This document shows, one piece after another, positions 39,538 through 49,000 of a DNA stretch of 64,000 nucleotides. Every line of letters begins with the position of its first letter. Within the stretch, counting starts at the first letter, position 1. The DNA comes from a virus: UHGV virus genome UHGV-1342921, one strand, 5' to 3'. The notes under the pieces were generated by a model. The model was not told the origin of the DNA and ran no database searches. It was given only the letters and a program-made list of their open reading frames with translations. The position numbers were made by a program, and so were the translations under genes.

Positions 39538-39786
39538 TTAGGGAGTCTGTGATGTGTCTTCTGGCATAGGCTTAAACCTTGTGTCTATGCGGACTCCCTG
39601 GTTTGCGTACTCTTGAAGATATCTCAAGTAAGTAGACAGAGCGACATCGTTGGTTCCATCATTACAACTCACGTTGTCCGCGCTTACTGTAAAACGATAC
39701 TCTTGCGGGGTCCCGCTTGAGTTGTCGACAAGAGTGTCGATGTATTGTGGGGTTGGAGTGTCTGCTATTAGTGCTTCTCCGCTCAT
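39538..39786 (-). CDS. Hypothetical protein (82 aa)
   Basis: This is a tracked ORF whose stop overlaps the next start. Confidence 0.4.
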   Translation of the reverse strand: MSGEALIADTPTPQYIDTLVDNSSGTPQEYRFTVSADNVSCNDGTNDVALSTYLRYLQEYANQGVRIDTRFKPMPEDTSQTP

Positions 39787-40031
39787 TCTTCACCGTCCTC
39801 CTCTGTCTCCTGTTGAGCTTGAGCCTGCTGTTGCTTTCTATACTCTTTAACAGCTTCCTTATATTCAGCTTGTTCCTTTATGTTTAGATTATAAACCGCT
39901 TCTAATAGCAGATTTTTGACCATATAAACAGGAACTTGGTTGTCGTTGATTAGTGAGTCTACGAGAGATTTTATGGAATCTCTTGACTCATGAAAAATAA
40001 GGTTGAAGAACACTGAATCTTTATCGTCCAT
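39783..40031 (-). CDS. Hypothetical protein (82 aa, acidic Gln-rich C-terminus)
   Basis: This is a tracked ORF. Confidence 0.4.
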   Translation of the reverse strand: MDDKDSVFFNLIFHESRDSIKSLVDSLINDNQVPVYMVKNLLLEAVYNLNIKEQAEYKEAVKEYRKQQQAQAQQETEEDGEE

Positions 40032-40045
40032 AAAAATCTCCTTTT

Positions 40046-43000
40046 TTAAACCAAGCTTAAACTATAATATGCGCCACGGAGTGAATTGCAATAGTTGGCT
40101 AACCCTGCTAGAGCGCCGGTTACCTCACTAAAACTGCTTACCGAAGTTGGCGTCTGACAAGCGGCAAACTCGGCTTTTTGAAGCGTATAGGTTTTACTTT
40201 CTGGAGAGAAAGTTCCTCCTCCTCCTTGTATTGTTGACCAAGAAAGTAAGTTGCCGTTCTTGTTAATACTAGTTACAAAATCTCCATTGATAACTCTGCG
40301 TCGTACCATCAGGACATCATTTCTGTCTATTATTGCTGAAAAATCTTCTGGATCGCTCGGGTTAAGAAAACAAATGTGAGCATTATCGCCTGTTATATCT
40401 ATTATCCGACCACTAAAATAATCACTACTTATAGATTTGGTAGCTTTTAGAGCCTCATCTACAAGCACATTCCCTTTTACTCTTAAAGCGTGGTCTTTAT
40501 CGTCAGGAGAATTTCTTCGGAGCACATACATATTAGAGTCCCAGGTTTCACTACCTCTTTGTTCTTGATATCGTTCTATAAGAAGACCGTTCGGTGCACT
40601 AGTAAAATACAATCCTTTGTTCTCTTTAGTGTCACCTAGAATAGTGAGATTGTTAGAGAGTGTAGAGGAAGTCAATTTTAATTTTTTCTCTTCCTTGTTT
40701 ACTGTTACTTTAAAACCAGAGTAAAGAGAAAGTATGCCTCCTTTTTGAGAATGAAGTTCAAAATCATCTCCCTCCATTTTGATATAGTTCCTTGTTAGTT
40801 TCTCTTCATTTGAGCTCGTTGACTTATATCCTGTTGTATAGAAATATGCCTTTTCCCCCGCATGGACAAGGAGGTCGCCAGGAGTCTCCATTGTGATTCC
40901 ATCAACTGTGTTTAACAAAAGATAGCTCTCATACTCTTTCGAGCCGTCCTTGTACTTATGACTGAAACGACTGCTGTCTTTGTCAATCTTTAAAAACTCG
41001 CCTTTAGAACTAATCTTGGCCGTAAAAGAGTCATGGTTTAATACCAGATTGCTTGTTTCTGTAGTTTTTCCTTCGGTCTTCTGTATTTGAAGAATGGCAG
41101 AATCAGGTTGTATTTGAAGGAAACTTTTTTCATCTGTCAGGGTTAGATTCAATAAGCTGTTGCCTGCTTTAAGAATGGTTCTGTCACTTGTTGAATTAAA
41201 ATTAAGGAACTGTTCAGGGCCGTTCAACAAGCTTGTCGATCTGTCAGTTACATCAACAGACACATTCAATCCGTATGAGTTAAACTTCTTTTCGTCTTTC
41301 TCATCATAAATTCTCTTTTGAAGCTCAATGGTAGAGTTTGAACCATCGTGAACCATATTTAAGAAAGTATCTTTCTCTGTGCCGAAGAAATTCTCATTCT
41401 GCTTTAAGATGAGTTTATGAGGAGTTGTCATGTCTGTACTCTTGCTATCTGAAACATAGGCATCAAATGTTTTTGCGTTCATTCTAATGCCTCTATAATA
41501 CTCTGTGTCAATGTTTGTTCCTGTGGTGATAAAAGTACAATCATCGTTAGGATGTTCACCCAACCATATCGGATTAGTTGCCTCGAACATCTTTATAATC
41601 GTTTCTCCGCCAACTGCAAAATTAACACCAAGGAATTCTGGATAAGTGCCGGTTCCACTCTCGGAAAATTTAGTAGAATCAAGTCCGAAAGCTCCAATCC
41701 GGTTAATCGTCATTGTTGTGTTTTCTTGCTTTACCGAGTTGGTGTAAAAACTTCCGGTTGCATCAATTCCTACTATAGGATAACGCTCATATACTGGATT
41801 ACCCTTGCTATCGAGCTTTTTATGATGTCGATAAATAGAAAAAATACTTGTTTTATTAGGATCAATCTCGACTTCTAGACTATCGTTTTTCGCAAGCGAG
41901 CGCATTCCACTTTTCCAATTGATATCACTGTTGTATTCATTAAGAGGATGACCTTTTGCAGAAAAATAAGGGGGAGTTGAACTTAAAAGAATTCCTTGAT
42001 CTTCTGGTGGGATACCAAGGCGAGCCCCAACAACAGGATAGTGAGTATATGGTTTATTTAATTTCCTGTCATATTCAAAATTATCTAAATAATTATCTCT
42101 GTGATCAACTGTAAAACTATACCCTCTGCCTGGTTCTTTCTTCTTCGTAACCCTGGTAATCCAAACTTCATTATTGTCTTTGTCTTTCTCTTTCGGCCAG
42201 TAGTTAACATACTGACCAAGCTCATCTTCTGCCCCCGCTTCCCCTTCTTTTTCCCAGTCTAAAGGCAATTTTAACCTTGATGCTCCATATATGGTATTTG
42301 ATGCTAAAGTTAGATTCGCTATTGTCGACTCGCCACCAGGAGCCAAAATGATACGGCCTTCATAATTACCATTATCTTCGTCAGCTTGCTCTTCTGGTAA
42401 GCCAAACACTGCATCCCCAGTTTTAGAATCTAGAAATATTGATTGTTTGCCTTCATGATAGCCAAATAAACCAACGTCATTCTGCTCGGTGACTTTTCCT
42501 TCTGCGTCTTCTACTTGCTCAAATCTAGAGCCCATAACAATCCCTGTGAAAGAATTATCTTTACCCTTGATTCCAGCACCAATTTGTGGAGCAAGGATGT
42601 AGCTTCTCTCTTTTTCTTCGTTCTTAATCTCTATAGAGTTGCCGTCCCACTTGTTGAGAGAGGCAAGAGAGTAACGATTCAACGACATATAGACAGGAAT
42701 CCACGCATCACAGACAACGCTATTGCCTTTCTGGACTTTTATATAGATTCCATTATTTTGATACGCTCCGCTATAATTTTCTGAAGGAGTAACAACGTAA
42801 CGCTTAAGAATAGGTTTTATTCCAACCTGGTCAGGAGCTTCTTCACATTTTACAAGAGACGACGTGGAGGAACTGTGCATTACCCCTTCTTCGTCAGTTG
42901 TTGGATCTCCGATCTGACCTCCATAAGTAAAAGCTTTTACAGTAAACTCATCAAGACTTTCGTTGTTGACTCTTGTAAAAGCAATGGTGTCAGCCATAAG

Positions 43001-45919
43001 ATTGTCACAACAAAACACCCCGTCAATCTTAAAGCCTCTATCGGTGTCGTATTGTGGATATTTTCCGTCAGAATTGTAAAGAACTTGTTGTAAAGTATAA
43101 GTCTTGTTCAAAGAGATTGTATAGCCAGAGTTATTTTCGCTGTTTATATAAGACCTAACAACAGGCATTGGATAAAATCCATAAACTGTATCCCAAGTCT
43201 GTTCCTCGTCAGTACCTTCAATATTAACTTTCGAGGAAACTCGAATAACTTGTCCTCTCAAAGCTCTCTCTTTATCAAAAGACCATCCAAGAGTACCATC
43301 GTCACTGATTGTAAAAGGATAAGTTTTTTTTCGTCCACCACTTCTAACTAAATCCCATGAATATCCACTTGCCGTTGCTTTTGTTCCCCGTTGATAAAGT
43401 TCAGGTGTCAGTACAGCCTCGGGATAAATTGAAGTTTCATTGCTCATTCCATCTGAACATTTCATATACATTGCTGGCAAACAGCTTTGTTCATAGAACG
43501 CATTGTGATAAGAATATATTGTATTACCCTTATCGTCAGTTACTTTTGTTTCTTCCTCTGGTATTGGCACTAAACTTGGAAGAGGGAAGAAGCGGTTGTC
43601 TTTCGGCACTATCTTTACGACATAGTCAGTACCGTTCGTGCCGTTATCTCCTATTTTTGCAAAGAGAAATTCAGTGTCTTTCCTAAACTCTTCTCCTTGA
43701 TATGTCACAATAGCAGTAATCTGTCTATTGGTATAGGCGTATCTCCAACGGCTCTGAATCTTGAACGTGAGGACTTGCGAGTTGGACACCTGCTCGCCTG
43801 TATCATCAGCCGGGTTCTTATACGACAGATCCAATTCGTTTGTTGTGAAGAACGAGTCGGAAGTCGGCACAGACCATTGAATGACATACTCGCTTGCAGG
43901 GACCTCAAGTCCTTGCGGATCGAAAAAGTGACAGGTCAACGGCAGAATCTCTTGGTAGTCCAACCCATTATACTTTTCGTCGCAAGGAGATATGCCGATC
44001 TCGGAATACTGGAAAGACTGCGTGCCGTTCTCGATGATGATATGATACCTTGCGACCTCGACGGATTTTGAGTTCTTCAGCGTGATAGAGGCTGTGCCGA
44101 TGTTGTGAGAATCATCATTCCCTTTTTCTCTCTGATATACCGTGCAATACACAGTAGCCGAGGAAGCAACCGAGCTAATCGGTAGGGTTAAGATATAACG
44201 CGCTTCCTTGTTATTTGCATCTGTTCCATACTTGACACCAGAAGCTAGAGCTCTGTCGTTCTTGGCTTGAGCATAATCGGCATATCCAACAGGACTACCT
44301 GTCTGGTTAAGAGAAGCATAAATATCGTCAACTTTCTTTTGTGCCTCTTGTTCAGAATAAATCTGTCGTGATGTGCCTTCTTCTGTGGTGATAGACCATA
44401 CGAAGATATACTCATTTTCAGTGTCTTTGAGAAAAGAATTTCCCTCGTCGTCTTTGACACTGCAAGTCAGAGTTGGCGTGCCATTGTCGAAAGCAAACTC
44501 TGTTCCAAGGTTAGACGTTATCTCTATGTCTCTCTTGGAGTTCATGTTGTATACAATGAACTCCTGCACAAGAATCACTTTTGTGTCGTCGTCTCCAGAG
44601 TAGATAGCAGAACACTTGTATTTGTTCTCATAGGCTAGGTTGTCGCTCTCTTTTGTAGAAAAATAAGCGCTATTTCCTATGTTTTTAATCTCTTTCCATC
44701 CGCTGCCAAGATAACCATTATATCCGTCTGACACACTTGTAATAGTCTTGTCCTCTGTGCCCCAGACAAACTTCATCCTGACATCACTCGACAAAGAAAG
44801 AGACTTCTTCCTGAAATCTGCTCTCGTGGAGACTTCTCTATCTTCTTCTGTATTATTACCGCCAGATTTTGAGAACACAAGAGTAGCAGGATTGAGCCTT
44901 AAAGAATAATCTCCTTGAACTGCCGTTATCCTTGACAAGCCGTATATCTGAACATTTCTTATAAAGATGTTCTCTGGTTCGTTAAGATCCCCTTCTTTAA
45001 GAGGGAAACCTTGGCAGTAGACGACGACGCTTTCAACAGCATTAAAGTTCTTTGCGTCAAAGTCAAAGATCGCATACTGCTCGGTAAACGACGGATAGTT
45101 GAACGGCTGTCCGGTAAATGCAGATGAACTGCTCTCAAGAGTGTAAAGCTGATATCTCTTCTTGTGTCCAACTTGCACGCCCTCGTCACTGGCAGTATAG
45201 GGCGTGCCGTCATCCTTTGTTGTTTTCTCTTTATTATCGCCGTCAAGAACATAATAATAAACATCGTTTGTGTTAAAAGAAAGTATGACTTTTAAGCCAT
45301 ATTCACCACCACAGTTTGGCATACGATGGTAGGATGGCAAACTAGTCCTGAACTCGGCCTTGAGCATTATCTTCTCTGAATTTTTTGCCGACTGACCGAA
45401 CCTTGTGTTGACAATGTAGGGGCTTTCTTGGTCTCCTGCTTGTCCCAGGAACTCTTTCGAACCATACACAAGCGCGGAATCCTTCTTGTTTTGTTTATCC
45501 GCTTGATAATTAGACCTCAAACCGAACACAGTAGGCGAGCTTAAAAAGGCGTTCTCTCCAGAGTAAGTGTAGTCGTTCATTACAGAAGAGATAAACCCTG
45601 CTTCAGAGGATGCGTTGTCGACAGAGGCGGTTCCTAGAATTATCTTGTCGTTGGATAAGTCGTTCTGGGGGACGAGGACGTATACTTGCTGACCTTTCTT
45701 GTAGGTATCCCCAGACTGGGCTTTGGCAATAAGGTTCTCATTTCCCTGATATCTTATCCTATAGGTGTTCTTGAGCAAGTCTTCGTTCTTCACTATTGTA
45801 GCCACGACAGTCTTGTCAAGAGTAAGCTTGTCCATCTTCGCCGTCGTCATGTAGTCTATCGCATCAAGAAGGGCATCCTGCAATGTCTTTTGTTCGGCTC
45901 CTTTTAAAGTTGTTGCCAT
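40046..45919 (-). CDS. Giant tail/baseplate structural protein (1957 aa)
   Basis: This is a single uninterrupted ORF with an RBS AAGGAGAAG. Confidence 0.55.
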   Translation of the reverse strand: MATTLKGAEQKTLQDALLDAIDYMTTAKMDKLTLDKTVVATIVKNEDLLKNTYRIRYQGNENLIAKAQSGDTYKKGQQVYVLVPQNDLSNDKIILGTASVDNASSEAGFISSVMNDYTYSGENAFLSSPTVFGLRSNYQADKQNKKDSALVYGSKEFLGQAGDQESPYIVNTRFGQSAKNSEKIMLKAEFRTSLPSYHRMPNCGGEYGLKVILSFNTNDVYYYVLDGDNKEKTTKDDGTPYTASDEGVQVGHKKRYQLYTLESSSSAFTGQPFNYPSFTEQYAIFDFDAKNFNAVESVVVYCQGFPLKEGDLNEPENIFIRNVQIYGLSRITAVQGDYSLRLNPATLVFSKSGGNNTEEDREVSTRADFRKKSLSLSSDVRMKFVWGTEDKTITSVSDGYNGYLGSGWKEIKNIGNSAYFSTKESDNLAYENKYKCSAIYSGDDDTKVILVQEFIVYNMNSKRDIEITSNLGTEFAFDNGTPTLTCSVKDDEGNSFLKDTENEYIFVWSITTEEGTSRQIYSEQEAQKKVDDIYASLNQTGSPVGYADYAQAKNDRALASGVKYGTDANNKEARYILTLPISSVASSATVYCTVYQREKGNDDSHNIGTASITLKNSKSVEVARYHIIIENGTQSFQYSEIGISPCDEKYNGLDYQEILPLTCHFFDPQGLEVPASEYVIQWSVPTSDSFFTTNELDLSYKNPADDTGEQVSNSQVLTFKIQSRWRYAYTNRQITAIVTYQGEEFRKDTEFLFAKIGDNGTNGTDYVVKIVPKDNRFFPLPSLVPIPEEETKVTDDKGNTIYSYHNAFYEQSCLPAMYMKCSDGMSNETSIYPEAVLTPELYQRGTKATASGYSWDLVRSGGRKKTYPFTISDDGTLGWSFDKERALRGQVIRVSSKVNIEGTDEEQTWDTVYGFYPMPVVRSYINSENNSGYTISLNKTYTLQQVLYNSDGKYPQYDTDRGFKIDGVFCCDNLMADTIAFTRVNNESLDEFTVKAFTYGGQIGDPTTDEEGVMHSSSTSSLVKCEEAPDQVGIKPILKRYVVTPSENYSGAYQNNGIYIKVQKGNSVVCDAWIPVYMSLNRYSLASLNKWDGNSIEIKNEEKERSYILAPQIGAGIKGKDNSFTGIVMGSRFEQVEDAEGKVTEQNDVGLFGYHEGKQSIFLDSKTGDAVFGLPEEQADEDNGNYEGRIILAPGGESTIANLTLASNTIYGASRLKLPLDWEKEGEAGAEDELGQYVNYWPKEKDKDNNEVWITRVTKKKEPGRGYSFTVDHRDNYLDNFEYDRKLNKPYTHYPVVGARLGIPPEDQGILLSSTPPYFSAKGHPLNEYNSDINWKSGMRSLAKNDSLEVEIDPNKTSIFSIYRHHKKLDSKGNPVYERYPIVGIDATGSFYTNSVKQENTTMTINRIGAFGLDSTKFSESGTGTYPEFLGVNFAVGGETIIKMFEATNPIWLGEHPNDDCTFITTGTNIDTEYYRGIRMNAKTFDAYVSDSKSTDMTTPHKLILKQNENFFGTEKDTFLNMVHDGSNSTIELQKRIYDEKDEKKFNSYGLNVSVDVTDRSTSLLNGPEQFLNFNSTSDRTILKAGNSLLNLTLTDEKSFLQIQPDSAILQIQKTEGKTTETSNLVLNHDSFTAKISSKGEFLKIDKDSSRFSHKYKDGSKEYESYLLLNTVDGITMETPGDLLVHAGEKAYFYTTGYKSTSSNEEKLTRNYIKMEGDDFELHSQKGGILSLYSGFKVTVNKEEKKLKLTSSTLSNNLTILGDTKENKGLYFTSAPNGLLIERYQEQRGSETWDSNMYVLRRNSPDDKDHALRVKGNVLVDEALKATKSISSDYFSGRIIDITGDNAHICFLNPSDPEDFSAIIDRNDVLMVRRRVINGDFVTSINKNGNLLSWSTIQGGGGTFSPESKTYTLQKAEFAACQTPTSVSSFSEVTGALAGLANYCNSLRGAYYSLSLV

Positions 45920-46039
45920 TTACTTCTCCTTCTATCTCTAAACATTGAATGCAGACGCACGTCTTCCTTATTCGACTGCATAGCAAGGGAGCGGTGGAGA
46001 TTTGACCGTCTCCACCGCTCCGTTTATTATACCCAGGTA

Positions 46040-49000
46040 TTAAGCTTTTCTATGTGTGTAATGTAGCACTTGGTTGTTCAATCCGAGGATAGCTTCTCTG
46101 ATTTCATCGGCAGACGTTGCGTTCGGGAACTCGGCTGTGATGTTGACGTTCTGGTCGACCTTGCTGTTGGCCGTCTCTATGCTCTTCCCGATGGAGGAGA
46201 TGGAACCTACTGCCTCGGCAAGAGTGGCACCCTTCATAGCAGAGGTCATTGCCCTGACGCTCTCGACAGCCTTGAGGATGTTCTGCGTGTCGCTCGCGTT
46301 GAGGACTATCTCTTTGGAGTGAAGGAGTGCAAGCTTACCGGAACCGTCTGACCAGTTACCTGTATAACCGCCAGTATCGTAGCCAACTAGGTTCGTGGAG
46401 GTAAATTTTATAGAAGATGGGTCCCAATATAAATGTTTGTTGTCGTCATGTTCATACCAATAATCAATGTAGTTTTGTACATCGTTAGCAAAATCTTGTC
46501 CGTAGGCTTTAATAAGTTTCGCACTACGGTCTGGATCGTTACCCCATCCGCTCCTTAAACCATAATTGTGAATAGCAAGTGCAACTCCCTTCATCAACTC
46601 GTCTCTTGAATATCCAGAGCCTCCGAAGTTGTTTGTATTTCCTTTGCCATCGTCTCCCTTGCCGTTCCCCTTTCCAGAAGACCCGCTTGGAGTCGTGCTG
46701 ATGATTCCACCTTCGTTTTTGCCTTGTGCTTCCTGACGCTTCATCTTGTTGATTTCGTCCTGTAAGTCTGTTATCGTCTGTCTTAACTCGCCATTCTTCT
46801 GTGAAATAGAGTCAAATGTTGTTTGATATTCTTTTAGCTTGTCGGAGTACCCACCTATCTTTTCTATATATCCTTGGAGCTTACTGGTTAGGAGTCCAAA
46901 ACTGTCTGTAAGATCGTTAACAGACGTTTTAACTCCGTTAAGGCATCCAGATATATCTCCGATATTCTCTTTCGCAATCTTTGAAGCGTTTTCTACAGAC
47001 GTATCATATTGCTTGAGAGACTCTTCCATCTTTGTTTGCATGTCTCTCATAGATTCTGCGAATTTGTCTTTGTTCTGTAACAAGGTGGTAATTGTAGTGC
47101 TCCACCGCGTGTCAATGGAATCAAAAGCGTCTGTCGAGCCATCTTTCAACTTGTCGTAAATTTCTTGCAAGCTTCCAGCGTTTTCACTGTTAAGGGAATC
47201 AACCATGCCGTAGAAGCTTTCAAGTAAGTTCGCTTGAGACGTTGAAAGTTGCTCACCCGTCATATTAACATACTGGACGAAATTGTCGATAATAGCTGTC
47301 ATTTTGTCTGTTCGCTCTTGGACGCTTAAAGTTGTATCGGCAAAGACTTCAGACAAGAGCTGTTTGGTCTGTTGAAAAGCAGAGAAGAAATCTTCCTGAA
47401 CCTGCTTCATTTGATCTTTCGACAAGTTGTAGGCGTTGTTTTGGGCGTCAAGCAAGCCTTCTTGAGCACTCTTAACGTTATCTTCGTTCGCAGTGTATAC
47501 GTAATTATAGTTACCTTGTGAGTCACGACGAAGTTTCATCTGACTCTTATTTGCCTGTGCCTCTTCAAGAGCAATCTGTTGCTTCAGAATCTCTAATTGG
47601 GCTTGAGCGTAAGCAACGTCGTACTCGCTTAAATTGGTCTTTGTTCGAAGATATTCGAGCTGTTGGTTCATCTGGTCGGTAATCTTTGTTTGAATATCAA
47701 GAGTGTTGGCCCCGTCAAGAAGGTCGGTGTATTGAGATTGAAGCTTTTGGATGTTATAAGCTTTGTTCACATCGTCCAAGTAGTAATCGGCGTTCCTGTT
47801 CATCATTTCCCATTGTGTCTGCGCCCAGTCCATGTCGTCTGTGCCGAGCCACTTCTTCTGCCACTCGGCAAGAGCGAGGTTAGCACGGGCTTGCGCTTGT
47901 TGCTTGTAGAGGTTGACAGAGTTTTCTATTGCCTCGTTTTTCTTCTCTGTCGCTTCTCTTACGTGATTTAGGACTTCTTCCTCTTCTTTTGAGCCTTTTA
48001 TGACGGTAGAGGCTATCTTATTCCAATAATCAAGCTCTTCCGTGGCCTCTGCCAATCTTTGGTCGGCAAGCTGGGACTGCACAGCAAGGATTTCGTTCTG
48101 CTCTTTGTATCCTTGAATCGTGTTACCATGAAGAATTTGAGACATTGAGGTGAGATGGTCAAGGCGGTTGCTTATTGAATCAAGCAGGTCCTCTCTCTTT
48201 TCAATCTCGTCTGCGACCAGGTCTATGGCGTCGACGATCGAGTCACGGAGGTTGTCGATCTCTTCCCGGAGGTCGGATGCCATGTCTGTAAGCTGGTCGA
48301 ACACAGCTTTCGCAGCTTCCATCATCGCTTGCTGGTTCTCACCGAAGAGATCTGACTTGCCGGTCTCCTCATACTGCTTGATGTTTTGCAGGATAAGCTG
48401 ACCGCCCCTCAAAGCCATGTCGAGATAGCCTGTGCCGTTTTCGTCGAGGACGCCTTGGCCTTGAAGCTTCTGTCCCGCCAACAAGCCGTCTATCGCGGTC
48501 TGGTACTTGGCTTTTTCCTCGTCCGTCTTTGCCTCGTCCTTAAGTTTCTTCAAGCGAGCGATGGCTGTGTCGAAGAACGTCTTGGCGGCTTTTGTACCAG
48601 CGTCGAAATATTTTGCAATCTTATTGTCGGAGATCTCCGCCGACAGGAACGGGTCGTCCTCTTCGGTATTAAAGTCGCGGAAGGTTTTCTTTAGGTCTGT
48701 TACAGCATCGTCAACTTCTTTTATGGTATCAACTGCTTCAATAGCCTTGTTGAAGATATCTGTAATCATATCTTCAATTTGATCTTGAAGATCTTGAATC
48801 TCTTTCTTTGTTTGTTCAATAGTGTTCGAATTGAGGTCGTTATATTCATCAACCAAATCTTTGTACTTATCAAACTCTTCCTGTTTATCTTCTATTCTCT
48901 CGTCGATGGCTTCCTGCTCTTCTTTCGAGGAGGCATTGTTATATTGCGTGATAAGGCTGTTTATCTCTGCAAGATAGAATTTAAACCGATCCTCATAGTT